Shown: positions 26,095-35,097, counted from the stretch's first letter. The stretch: 64,000 nucleotides of DNA from Candidatus Poseidoniaceae archaeon (GCA_049616955.1 JBMZIJ010000005.1:4209-68208); one strand, 5' to 3'. Numbers and translations are program-made. Notes: generated from the letters alone by a model not told the origin.

Positions 26095-26904
26095 TTGGGC
26101 ATAGATTTCAATCTTGAATTGAGACGGAGAATTATAGGGCAGCATGGCCTGGAGACGTTTGTGCAAAAAATCGTGGTTCGCACAGATGATTTCCAACTCG
26201 CGTACCGCATTATGCACATGCTCCGTTCACGAAACATCGATGTTGAACAACGTTCACTAAAACAACCATTGCCTTCAAAGGATTCGATTTGGATTGGAAC
26301 TGTCGATGAAATTGCAAGCAAATCATCTGAAGGTCGACCGATCGCTGCAGATCTTTCGTCGCTTGAAATGGCACTTGAAGCTGCAATTTTTGCACTCAAA
26401 GGTTCGCAAAGAACACACCGCTTTGTCCTCGGTGTTGATACTGGACCACGACCTGGTCTTGCTTGGTTTACAGACGGTGTACTGATCGATACCAAACAAA
26501 CCGAATCCGTGAAGGAGTGCATCGAAACAATTGATTTGCTCATTGAACATCACGAATTTCAACACCTCCTTATTCGAATGGGAAAGGGTTCACCGTCCCA
26601 TCGCAACCGATTGGCCAATGCTATGCTTGAACGTGGGTACGTTGTCGAACTGGTCGATGAACGAAAAACCTCCCGAGGTCTCAATCGAAACCAACACAGT
26701 GTTTCAGCCATCCGAATTGCGACGTTAGCGGGTGAACGAATATGGGAAGTGGTTGACTTGCAGCCAACCGAAGGTGAAGTGAAGGAGATTCAACGTCGAA
26801 GCCGAATAAAAAGTCAAGGACGTGTGACAATTTCATCCGCATTAGCACGAAAAGTTGCATTAGGTGAACTGACGTTGACTGAGGCCATTGAACAACTCAC
26901 TTGA
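26095..26904 (+). CDS. YqgF/RuvX-like (RNase H fold) nuclease domain protein with N- and C-terminal extensions
   Basis: FVLGVDTGPRPGLAWF matches the G-x-D-x-G-x-x-x-G-x-A first strand, and ...VVELVDERKTSRG matches the DER-x-T-[ST] end motif of YqgF/RuvX. TTG start at 26095; ATGs at 26212/26218 are alternatives. Confidence 0.5.
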   Translation: MGIDFNLELRRRIIGQHGLETFVQKIVVRTDDFQLAYRIMHMLRSRNIDVEQRSLKQPLPSKDSIWIGTVDEIASKSSEGRPIAADLSSLEMALEAAIFALKGSQRTHRFVLGVDTGPRPGLAWFTDGVLIDTKQTESVKECIETIDLLIEHHEFQHLLIRMGKGSPSHRNRLANAMLERGYVVELVDERKTSRGLNRNQHSVSAIRIATLAGERIWEVVDLQPTEGEVKEIQRRSRIKSQGRVTISSALARKVALGELTLTEAIEQLT

Positions 26905-27745
26905 TACGGACACGGTAGCGCTCTCGTCCGTTTGCATAGAGTACGATGGCTCCTGTCGATGAGACGGCGATGGCAACGCCTTCCGTTAATTGTGAAATCG
27001 CCCGTGCAGCAAGGTGTCGGCCACCTTCTCCTGATTTCGGCGTCAATCCGGATGGAACCTGGATGTAACGTCCTGCATCACTGGCAATACCTTCACGATT
27101 GAACAAAATCGCTCCATCCAACCAAGCGAATTCAGCAAGCGTCTCATGATTTTCCTTGTTTCGGACGTCGCGTTTCGCTTCACTATGCCCCTTGAACGGG
27201 TTGAGCACCATCGCTGTTGAATGTCCACGCATCTTCTGGATGTTGCCGATGGCGAAAAGCGCCCCGATGGCCGTCCCTTCTCGACCTCGAGTCCCAATAG
27301 CCCGTGAGAGCTCGAGCATTCGAATGAGAACATCCAACTCGATGGCCTGTTCTTCGGCAATGGCCGTGAGACGTTCTGCTCCAAGCATTTTGGTGTCGAC
27401 CATAATGACGCCATCGATGGGTTCAGCCAGGACGATAAGCAGTCGGCCTCCTTTTGCAATCCATCGCTCACCCATCCCTTGCAAGACAAGATCGTACAGT
27501 TCGTTGAGGATGGACAGACCCTTTGAAGAGAGCCCTTCTTCAAGGACTCGTGCATCGATGTTGATTTCTTCCAACGCATCACGGACACGACTCAAACTTG
27601 TCATGACCCGCATCGGCAGATTGGATGGTATGAGTTCAGCAATCGAACGAACTTTTCGACTGTCATTGGAGACCATGAGGATGGCGTCGAACGAGGTTGC
27701 AGATGATTGAAGGGCGACGCTCACCATGTGAGGAAGGTCGCTCAT
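26897..27745 (-). CDS. dacZ: DacZ-type diadenylate cyclase (c-di-AMP synthase)
   Basis: C-terminal DAC/DisA_N motifs: GREGTAIGALFAIG, WLDGAILFNREG (DGA), GGRHLAARAIS (RH-x-AA). The N-terminal ~130-aa regulatory domain matches archaeal DacZ. ATG at 27745 has GAGGT 8 nt upstream, overlapping the macro gene stop. Confidence 0.85.
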   Translation of the reverse strand: MSDLPHMVSVALQSSATSFDAILMVSNDSRKVRSIAELIPSNLPMRVMTSLSRVRDALEEINIDARVLEEGLSSKGLSILNELYDLVLQGMGERWIAKGGRLLIVLAEPIDGVIMVDTKMLGAERLTAIAEEQAIELDVLIRMLELSRAIGTRGREGTAIGALFAIGNIQKMRGHSTAMVLNPFKGHSEAKRDVRNKENHETLAEFAWLDGAILFNREGIASDAGRYIQVPSGLTPKSGEGGRHLAARAISQLTEGVAIAVSSTGAIVLYANGRERYRVRIK

Positions 27746-27755
27746 GGTATAGACC

Positions 27756-28403
27756 TCAGTCGTTTGTGGTGTCAATACCTGGTAGCAAGTCGTTGATTTC
27801 TCGGTACACAGTACGCATGTTGGAGATGAAATTTTTCTCCTTGACAACGATTGTGAACGTCTTGACGCCGGGGTCTTCTTCAGCATCGAGAATTCCAAGG
27901 AGCGTTTCCAAGGTGAGACGTGCACCTTCTCGATGTGGGTAGGCGAACACGCCCATGCTCAATGGTGGAGAGATGACGTTTTCCATCGTCCCAAGTTCCT
28001 TGAGGGTTGCAAAGAGGTTGCGATAGGTCTCTGGAAGCAAGTCTCGTCGATTTTCATCCTGATTGGGTCGACGGCAATCAGGGCCAACGACGTGAATGAT
28101 GTGTTTGAATCGATCACCAAGAGCGAATGGCTCGGTGACAACGTTATGGGTCACTGCACATGGAGGAGCGTTGATTTTTCTCATTTCAAGACAGATGTTT
28201 CGAGTTGCTTGGGTGAGCTCCTGTCCGGCTTTTTGATGAATCATGTTGTCAAGCCCTTCCCGGCCTGAAAGACGATTGTTTGCTGGAGTGATGAGGACAT
28301 CACCTGAGTGATTCCATACATCGCCTCCAACGACGCGGAGTGTGCCCCATTTACACGTTCGTGCCATGTACAACTCTGCCATCAATTGGTCAGAAGGGGC
28401 CAC
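27756..28403 (-). CDS. macro domain protein (ADP-ribose binding/hydrolase family)
   Basis: GDVLITPANNRLSGREGLDNMIHQKAG, HIIHVVGP and ISPPLSMGVFAYP match macro-domain motifs. GTG at 28403; ATGs at 28382 or 28367 fit better with the AT-rich box at 28410-28425. Confidence 0.8.
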   Translation of the reverse strand: MAPSDQLMAELYMARTCKWGTLRVVGGDVWNHSGDVLITPANNRLSGREGLDNMIHQKAGQELTQATRNICLEMRKINAPPCAVTHNVVTEPFALGDRFKHIIHVVGPDCRRPNQDENRRDLLPETYRNLFATLKELGTMENVISPPLSMGVFAYPHREGARLTLETLLGILDAEEDPGVKTFTIVVKEKNFISNMRTVYREINDLLPGIDTTND

Positions 28404-28509
28404 CCTTCATATTCTTTCAGTGTTTTTTTGATGAAATCCTTGATTTTTGATTAAAATTTCATACCCATTCAATCAATACTGCTAAACTGCAATTTGCTAT
28501 CGACGGCAC

Positions 28510-31500
28510 ATGGCAGGTCGAGGGACGAGTTTGTTTCTCGTCTCACTTATGCTGGCTTCATTGTTCACAGCCTTGCCACCGACTGCGATGAATGCAGAGC
28601 AACGAACCAATTTCGATGAGCATGAACACCTTTTCCAAGGCTTTACGACTGGTGAGAACTGGCTCAATTTGAACAATCAGACTGTCGCTGTTCCAAATGG
28701 CTTCAATGCTCTTGATGTGTACGACTACAGTGATGTTGGCGTTTTAATCAACAACAAATCCGAAGCCAGCAAAACCATCGGATGGGCCTTTGTTCAAGCC
28801 CGAAACATCAGTCATGAGCGTGTGTTCATTTTTGATCTGGAGGGGACACCAACCGCTGAAACCATCAATCGAAATCAATTCAATACGTACTTCGCACTAC
28901 CGTTTTTGGAAATGTTGAACAATCGGAGCAACGTTTCTGACATGAATTATCTTGTGACGAGTAAGGGTATGCCTCTTCGAGTTAACGGTGGTCAAGACAA
29001 AGCGTCCTTCGATCAAGAGTTTGCATTGCTCGGAGGTTCATACAACAGTACCATTGGCGGTAATTACTGGTCGACACATTCCTATGGACCATTATCGGGG
29101 GGAGACTTTGAATCCTTTTCCAGACAGAAGCATGGCTTCTATCTCGTGACAAGACTCACTGGCTACACAGTTGAAACTGCGCTCGAACTCATCGAGAAAG
29201 CCAACAACAGTTTGGGTGAAAGCGGAACCTACGTTCTCGATTTGGCAACAAATCGAAACGGATCAGGCTACAAGTTTTGGAACGACGATTTGTATACAGC
29301 GAATACAACGCTATCAGAATTGTACAATCAATCGGTGTTGTTCGATGAGGAGACAGGTTTCGTCACCAATGTGAGCAACGTGATGGGGTATGCATCGTGG
29401 GGCTCAAATGATGGAAACTGGGGAGCAAATTGGGGCCTCAATACCGGTTTTGAAACCGAAGACGCTTCGTGGTCAAGTGGTGTTCGGCATTGGAATGCTA
29501 CGATTCCAACGCTCTCATCAGGCGATTCCTTTGCTTGGCAGTATCAAACCTCAGTCAAAAATGCGGGGAGTGCATCGCTTGAGGCCACCATCTCAGCATC
29601 GTGCACCGATGAATCAAGCAACGGCACGCAGGGAATCTTTGCGGAATACTTCGATAATGAAGGAGTCAGTTTCAACACCGGGTCGATGCCTTCTTTGATC
29701 GATCGCGTACCTGAGCATACTCGTATTGAAGCCTCACTGCAATACAACGCCATGTATTCTGCTTATCCAGGACTCGATGACCGATTCAAGAACAATTGGG
29801 GTGCCCGATTCAGTGGCTTGATCAACATACCTGATTCGGGGAATTGGACGTTTTACCTCACAAGCGATGACGGGAGTGAGATGTGGCTTGACGGAACCAG
29901 TCTGGTTACCAATTATGGATCACACGGTATGCGAGAAATGTCAGGAACACGAAACATCAGTTCAGGCCTGCATGATTTCAAAATTGAATTCTTCCAAGGT
30001 GGAGGGCCACATGGATTGCATTTGAAATGGGAAGGGCCAAATCAATCGAAAGCAATGGTGCCAGCATCGGCCTTCCTGGTTTCGGATGGAACCCCGCCAT
30101 CACAATCAACACTGATTCATGCTTGGAATTTCGATGAGGGTATCGGCACCGAAACCAACGATTCCGCAGTCAACGGTTCAAGCATGACCTTGTACAACAT
30201 GAATTCAACCAACTGGCGTTCCTGCGCTGATGGGGGGTGCTTATGGTACGATGGTGTTGACGATTACGTCGAGGTTGATGTTGACGATTGGGTTGGGAAT
30301 TTCACGGTCAGTCAATGGGTTTGGGCGAATGCAACAACACTTCCAAATTATGCTTCAGTGCTCGCCGTCTCTGACAATGCAGGCTCAAACACGTCGTTTC
30401 AACACGCCGTATTCAGTGGAGAATGGCGGTTGCACAACAACCAAACACACACCTTTGGGGATGTTGAAGCACAACAGTGGATGCATCTTGTAACCGTCTT
30501 TGACAATGGGGCAGCACGGCAGTATCTCGATGGCGTACACGTTCGCACCACCTCTTTCCCGACAGGATCTTTGAACAACATTGACCTCTACAAGCTCGGT
30601 GTCAATCGTGCAGGTTCAACGTACTTTGAGGGCATGATCGACAAGGTCATGGTTTGGGAAAGTGCACTTTCGGATGATGAAATTACGATTCTGAGTCGAG
30701 ATATCTATCAGGATTGTCAAGCCTATTCAGGTTCGGGTGCATCCGGTGCATCGCTTGAACAGGTTGTATCCATCGATCCTGAACTCGAAGGTCATGCTTG
30801 GATTGTATCCCTCGCAGGGAAGCGCAATGGTGATGTTTACGGAAGTTACACGATGGTTGTCGAAGGTGTTGATGATCAAGGGAATGTGTTGTCAACAAAC
30901 ACCTCGGATTCAAAGACCTTTGAGAACAATTGGGGCAGTGCTGTCATGCGATTTCGGCCGCATGAAAATGTGACGACATTGCGAATCCAAGTGCCGCTCA
31001 GTGTAGTTGCGACGTCGACGAGTGGTTCTGTCTTCATCGATAGCCTTAGCCTTCGAGCTATCCGGCCTCATATGTCATGGATGAACGGTTCGATTGCAGA
31101 AACCGCCGTTTCGACAGGAGGACGTTCGTTTACACTTGGCACCAGTTATGGGCAGTCTCTTGTTGCGGATTTGTTGGAGGATGGCGTAAGTGGGGTCAAA
31201 GGCTACGTCTACGAACCGTATCTCACCGCAGTCGGTCAACCAAGTGTACTCTTCTCGATGTATGCACAAGGCTACAATTTTGCAGAGGCAAATGCAGCCG
31301 CCAACACCTACATTTCATGGATGGGCGTCGTCGTTGGAGATCCAAAAATGGCTCCGTATGTCAGTACGCTTCATGATGTCGAACTTCTCGATACGCGAAT
31401 ACTCAACAACTTCTCCGTCGGACAGACCGGACAGATTGAGATTGGCCTACAGAATATCGGGATGTCTGCGGGACAAGGTCAAATCGATGTTGTCAATTTG

Positions 31501-33789
31501 CAAGGGTCTGTGCTTATGTCTTCGGCAAATGTGAGTGTTGTTGCGGGCGATCAACCTGGTTCCCGTATGTCGGTTTCAATCCCAATTACGCCTACTGAAG
31601 CAGGATGGTTGGATGTACGTGTTCGATATGCCCATGACAATTCGAGCTCCTTTGAACGGAACACGTTGAACAATTTCATCATCATGCGAATATGGGTCAA
31701 TGATGTTCCAGTCATTGATTCGATTGGCTGCGATCAGGATGAGTATGCTCGTGGCGACTCGTTCCTTTGTACTGTCATAGCATCCGATGATGAGCGAGTT
31801 GAATCGGTCGAAATGGGCTGGAGTGTTCTCTGCTCAAACTGTTCAGCAACCAACACAACATGGAACCTGGGTAGCATGGGTTCCAACGACAACGGGACAA
31901 CGTGGGAAGCGATGATTACGCTTCCAATCAATGTTACAACAGGTCACTTGGCGCTCCATGTGACGGCTACGGATGGTCTTGCTATGCAATCCGTGCGCAT
32001 TGCTGAAAACGTTTCAACGATTGTTGACGCTCCCGCATCATGGTTTGGCCCACACATGTCGAATGCTGACCCAAGTTGGCTGGGCGTAACACAATTGCCT
32101 GCGACTTCACCAATGGGCATCCAACGTGGCGTTGAGCAAACGATGACTGGCTGCGTTCTTGATGTCGACCATAACAATGGGACTGAACAACCTCAATTCT
32201 TGGTTTCAAGAGGTGAATTGAGTGAATTGGTCTACATTGATATGGGCGATGCCAATCACCATTGTTACCAAGCATCGTTCATGGTTGAGAACGGTTCATC
32301 AGTTGGTCTCATTGACGTTGAAATGCGTAAAGGAGACGGGAGTCTGGTTGCTCAACGATCCATTCGTGTTGAGGATGTCGAACCACAAATCGAATTGTAT
32401 TTTGAAAACAATTCCAATGGCAGCATTGACCGTATTGTCGATAATGGTGATGAGTATCTACGCATTGTTGTCGCCGATGTTGATGATTTCAGCAATACCT
32501 ATCTGGCAGACATTGAGGTTGATTGGCCAGGATTCGGGCTTCAGGTGTTGTCTGCCGAAGGGACGGTAAACGATGGCGAAGTGAAGGTCAAACTCACACC
32601 ACCAGATGAACTCCTCGAAGCAGGGGAAATCAATGTCCTTGTTCATTTACAAGACTCTCGAGGTGTTGAATCCTCAAAGATGTCGACCATTCCATTGGTT
32701 CTCAATGCGCCAAGAATTGTTCAGATGGTGCCTTGCAATGAGGATGGTTCGATCAGTGAACTGATGTTTGGTCATCCTGCCGTACTTGGTGCGGTCATCG
32801 AGAGCGATAGGCCACTGGAAAACATTCAACTGTCCTTGCGCCAACTTGGCTGGTCGGTCAATGCACCTATGATTCAACAACCGATTTGGGTGCAATCCAA
32901 CGATGCTTGCCTTCAACAGACCGGGGATGACGTGTATTGGTTCAGACTTCAGTTGGACGGCTCCTTTGCTTCCGACCAAGGTTCCATCCAACTGATTGCA
33001 TCAACCATTGATGGTTATCCAGCTTCAATGCAGATACCAATGCTGTTCCGACATGCTCCGCCTATCATTGAAGGTTCGACACCACCTTCGGTTGAAGCAG
33101 GAAGCGACCTTTCTATTCAACTCTCGATTACAGATTTGGATGGATTGGGAGATGTCAGTTGTACGCTGAACGTTCTCGATGACAACAACAGTGCTGTTTG
33201 GGAGAAGGATTTCCGCCCTATCGAGTCACAGGATGCTGATGGATTCAACCAGATGCGTTGGCCTGTTCCTCGAAACTTGAACGAGTCGACCGACTACCTC
33301 CATGTCGATGTTCGATGCGAGGATTCTGATGGGGAAACAGGAACTTGGACTTCTGGTGAAAACATCTCAGTCGAACCATATGTTTGCCGAATCAATTGCA
33401 ACACCTCTACTGTGGATGAGGTTACAACTGCTGCTCAATCATCTTCCATGCCCTGGTTCATGATTGGGGGCGCCCTTGTCATCCTCTTGTTAACGACAGC
33501 TATCGTTGCTCGACGACGAGGAACAGAAGAGAAGTGGGCATCGGATGAATCACTCGATGATTTCGAGCAATTGACCTCGGATTCAATTGCACAAGCTGAA
33601 GCATCGCTGATGAGTATGGCAATAAGCGCTCCTCCAATCCCAGATGGATGGACTGAAGAGGCCTTTGTAGCGTGGTTGAAGGGTGACAAACCCGATGATT
33701 GGTCAGACGAACAATGGCAGACTCTTCGAGAGGAACATGCCTCTCGCCTCATATCTCCAGAAAATGGAACCGATGACATATTATTCTGA
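28510..33789 (+). CDS. giant secreted, C-terminally membrane-anchored surface protein with PA14 and LamG/concanavalin-like domains
   Basis: Signal peptide MAGRGTSLFLVSLMLASLFTALPPTAMNA. PA14 region at about nt 29632-30075 (GARFSGLINIPDSGNWTFYLTSDDGSEMWLDG...FKIEFFQGGG). LamG-like region at about 30112-30684 (CLWYDGVDDYVEVD...MHLVTVFDNGAARQYLDG). TM PWFMIGGALVILLLTTAIVA, then a ~95-aa cytoplasmic tail. Confidence 0.85.
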   Translation: MAGRGTSLFLVSLMLASLFTALPPTAMNAEQRTNFDEHEHLFQGFTTGENWLNLNNQTVAVPNGFNALDVYDYSDVGVLINNKSEASKTIGWAFVQARNISHERVFIFDLEGTPTAETINRNQFNTYFALPFLEMLNNRSNVSDMNYLVTSKGMPLRVNGGQDKASFDQEFALLGGSYNSTIGGNYWSTHSYGPLSGGDFESFSRQKHGFYLVTRLTGYTVETALELIEKANNSLGESGTYVLDLATNRNGSGYKFWNDDLYTANTTLSELYNQSVLFDEETGFVTNVSNVMGYASWGSNDGNWGANWGLNTGFETEDASWSSGVRHWNATIPTLSSGDSFAWQYQTSVKNAGSASLEATISASCTDESSNGTQGIFAEYFDNEGVSFNTGSMPSLIDRVPEHTRIEASLQYNAMYSAYPGLDDRFKNNWGARFSGLINIPDSGNWTFYLTSDDGSEMWLDGTSLVTNYGSHGMREMSGTRNISSGLHDFKIEFFQGGGPHGLHLKWEGPNQSKAMVPASAFLVSDGTPPSQSTLIHAWNFDEGIGTETNDSAVNGSSMTLYNMNSTNWRSCADGGCLWYDGVDDYVEVDVDDWVGNFTVSQWVWANATTLPNYASVLAVSDNAGSNTSFQHAVFSGEWRLHNNQTHTFGDVEAQQWMHLVTVFDNGAARQYLDGVHVRTTSFPTGSLNNIDLYKLGVNRAGSTYFEGMIDKVMVWESALSDDEITILSRDIYQDCQAYSGSGASGASLEQVVSIDPELEGHAWIVSLAGKRNGDVYGSYTMVVEGVDDQGNVLSTNTSDSKTFENNWGSAVMRFRPHENVTTLRIQVPLSVVATSTSGSVFIDSLSLRAIRPHMSWMNGSIAETAVSTGGRSFTLGTSYGQSLVADLLEDGVSGVKGYVYEPYLTAVGQPSVLFSMYAQGYNFAEANAAANTYISWMGVVVGDPKMAPYVSTLHDVELLDTRILNNFSVGQTGQIEIGLQNIGMSAGQGQIDVVNLQGSVLMSSANVSVVAGDQPGSRMSVSIPITPTEAGWLDVRVRYAHDNSSSFERNTLNNFIIMRIWVNDVPVIDSIGCDQDEYARGDSFLCTVIASDDERVESVEMGWSVLCSNCSATNTTWNLGSMGSNDNGTTWEAMITLPINVTTGHLALHVTATDGLAMQSVRIAENVSTIVDAPASWFGPHMSNADPSWLGVTQLPATSPMGIQRGVEQTMTGCVLDVDHNNGTEQPQFLVSRGELSELVYIDMGDANHHCYQASFMVENGSSVGLIDVEMRKGDGSLVAQRSIRVEDVEPQIELYFENNSNGSIDRIVDNGDEYLRIVVADVDDFSNTYLADIEVDWPGFGLQVLSAEGTVNDGEVKVKLTPPDELLEAGEINVLVHLQDSRGVESSKMSTIPLVLNAPRIVQMVPCNEDGSISELMFGHPAVLGAVIESDRPLENIQLSLRQLGWSVNAPMIQQPIWVQSNDACLQQTGDDVYWFRLQLDGSFASDQGSIQLIASTIDGYPASMQIPMLFRHAPPIIEGSTPPSVEAGSDLSIQLSITDLDGLGDVSCTLNVLDDNNSAVWEKDFRPIESQDADGFNQMRWPVPRNLNESTDYLHVDVRCEDSDGETGTWTSGENISVEPYVCRINCNTSTVDEVTTAAQSSSMPWFMIGGALVILLLTTAIVARRRGTEEKWASDESLDDFEQLTSDSIAQAEASLMSMAISAPPIPDGWTEEAFVAWLKGDKPDDWSDEQWQTLREEHASRLISPENGTDDILF

Positions 33790-34047
33790 ATGAACAAGGG
33801 GGGTTTGGTCGCCATGGCAGTCGGGTATGTTTTGTTGAACGTCGTTCCAGGCAAGGAACATGATGTGTACCTTTCTCTAAAGGATCTGGAAAGCGTTGCA
33901 GATGTTACGGTCTTGTTTGGTGACTATGATCTGATCGTCAAATTGGTCGCTGATGATTTGTCATCGATCGCAACAGCTGTTGTCGAATCCATTCGTCAAA
34001 TCCCAGGCATCCTCGATTCGAAGACGCTCGCAGGGGCAGAATTCTAG
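33790..34047 (+). CDS. stand-alone Lrp/AsnC-type ligand-binding (RAM) domain protein
   Basis: AVGYVLLNVVPGKEHDVYLSLKDLESVADVTVLFGDYDLIVKLVADDLSSIATAVVESIRQIPGILDSKTL follows the ~75-aa RAM-domain pattern. The ATG directly follows the giant gene's TGA; ATG at 33814 is an alternative. Confidence 0.7.
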   Translation: MNKGGLVAMAVGYVLLNVVPGKEHDVYLSLKDLESVADVTVLFGDYDLIVKLVADDLSSIATAVVESIRQIPGILDSKTLAGAEF

Positions 34048-34135
34048 TCTCGCAGTGCCCTTTTTGGCCGATTTTTGACTTCTGGAAAGGCTCACTGAGA
34101 AGCATATGTGGCGCAGTATAGCCTTTTTTCGGCGC

Positions 34136-34147
34136 AAATTATAATAA
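34136..34147 (+). promoter_or_regulatory. TATA-box-like element AAATTATAATAA upstream of the MC1 gene
   Basis: AT-rich box 36-47 nt upstream of the MC1 ATG. A GGAGGT box lies at 34170-34175, 7 nt before the ATG. Confidence 0.5.
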
Positions 34148-34182
34148 CTAGAAGTTGTGATTGAGTTTTGGAGGTAATCCAA

Positions 34183-34446
34183 ATGTCAGACAAGAAATAT
34201 TTCGTTCTCATGGAGAACGGTAAAGACACGAGCCAAGTATTTGCGAGCAAGCAACCACGAGGAGCAGCCCTCAAAGCTGCAACCCGTGGACACACGAACA
34301 TCCGCCTACGAGAGCGTGGCACCAAGCGTGTACACGTTTTCACAGGCTCAATCAGTATGGTTGACAAGCCTGCTGGCGGCCCTGCTTGGCTACCAGACAA
34401 GATCAAGAAGGCCAACGTCAAGAAGGTCGGAATTGAGCACCTCTGA
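34183..34446 (+). CDS. chromatin protein MC1 (non-histone chromosomal protein)
   Basis: KQPRGAALKAATRGHTNIRLRERGTKRVHVFTG...KPAGGPAWLPDKIKKANVKK is collinear with Methanosarcina MC1 (GKQPRQAALKAANRG...IRLRERGTKKVHVF...P.WMPEKI). Start chosen at the ATG after GGAGGT. Confidence 0.85.
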   Translation: MSDKKYFVLMENGKDTSQVFASKQPRGAALKAATRGHTNIRLRERGTKRVHVFTGSISMVDKPAGGPAWLPDKIKKANVKKVGIEHL

Positions 34447-34508
34447 GGTTCTCAATCTCTCTTGATTTTTGACTCGTTCGACGAGTGTTGCCACAAAAGT
34501 GGCTCTCC

Positions 34509-34545
34509 GCCCCATCAAGGATTCAGGTCCTTGGTGGGGCTTTTT
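34509..34545 (+). terminator. GC-rich hairpin followed by T5, between convergent MC1 and thioesterase genes
   Basis: GCCCCATCAAGGA-TTCAG-GTCCTTGGTGGGGC, with one mismatch in the ~13-bp stem, followed immediately by TTTTTCCTTTCTTTTTC. Confidence 0.6.
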
Positions 34546-34580
34546 CCTTTCTTTTTCTTCGTGAGTGGTTTCGTTTCCAT

Positions 34581-35018
34581 TCAATTTCCATTGAGTGAAG
34601 GCGGACGTGATGACCATATTGCCCACGTTCCTGTTGCTGTGGCTACAACTCGGTCCGCAACTCTCACTTCTCCTGCAAGGTGAGCGACGTGTTGACCTCT
34701 CCGAACAACTCTCCCTTCAGCAATTAACCGGTCACCAGGGCGTGCTGGAGAGAGGAAGCTTGTCGAGAGTTGGGTAGTTGCACACCATTCCTCGACTTTC
34801 AAGGATGCAACCAATGCACTGCCCAATGCAGAATCCAAAAGCACCATATGAATGCCTCCGTGTGCAACACCTCCTTTGTTGAGATGCGCTTCAGTCAGTG
34901 TGAGTTCCAGCCTTGATTGACCTGGTTTCCACAGCGTTCGTTCAATTCCAAGATCTGCCATGAATCCTGATGGGTCTGGTGGCGATGATAATGTCATATT
35001 GTTGTGGTGAAGAATCAA
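34581..35018 (-). CDS. PaaI/4HBT-type hotdog-fold thioesterase
   Basis: LNKGGVAHGGIHMVLLDSALGSA and ...GRVVRRGQHVAHLAGEV follow the PaaI-family pattern. Confidence 0.8.
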   Translation of the reverse strand: MILHHNNMTLSSPPDPSGFMADLGIERTLWKPGQSRLELTLTEAHLNKGGVAHGGIHMVLLDSALGSALVASLKVEEWCATTQLSTSFLSPARPGDRLIAEGRVVRRGQHVAHLAGEVRVADRVVATATGTWAIWSSRPPSLNGN

Positions 35019-35070
35019 CTCAATGAACCATACGTTTCAGGTTGAAATCTTCCTCAAAAAACTATGATTG

Positions 35071-35078
35071 ATATATTT
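35071..35078 (+). promoter_or_regulatory. TATA-like box ATATATTT about 24 nt upstream of the ATG at 35098 (leaderless-type promoter)
   Basis: This is the only AT-rich box in the 79-nt divergent gap. Its spacing to the ATG fits a leaderless archaeal transcript. Confidence 0.4.
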
Positions 35079-35097
35079 GAAGAGAATTCTATCACAT

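Noticed and set aside
25983-26543. N-terminal 187 codons of track ORF 25140..26543 (467 aa)
   Set aside because: This part is antisense to the YqgF-like gene and has no protein-like features. An internal ATG at 25982 gives a clean signal peptide and lipobox, so the real gene is 25140..25982.
27746-27925. 5' extension of the dacZ ORF (60 codons) overlapping the macro-domain gene in another frame
   Set aside because: The extension is basic, low-complexity sequence out of frame with the macro gene. ATG at 27745 has a Shine-Dalgarno-like box and gives a DacZ-like N-terminus.
24369-28403. Reading the Hjc-like nuclease, YqgF-like nuclease, cyclic-dinucleotide synthase and macro domain as a CBASS/Thoeris-like defence island
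   Set aside because: The cyclase is a DacZ-type housekeeping c-di-AMP synthase, not a CD-NTase. The genes are on different strands with separate promoters. No effector, sensor or mobile-element hallmarks are present. The individual genes are reported separately instead.
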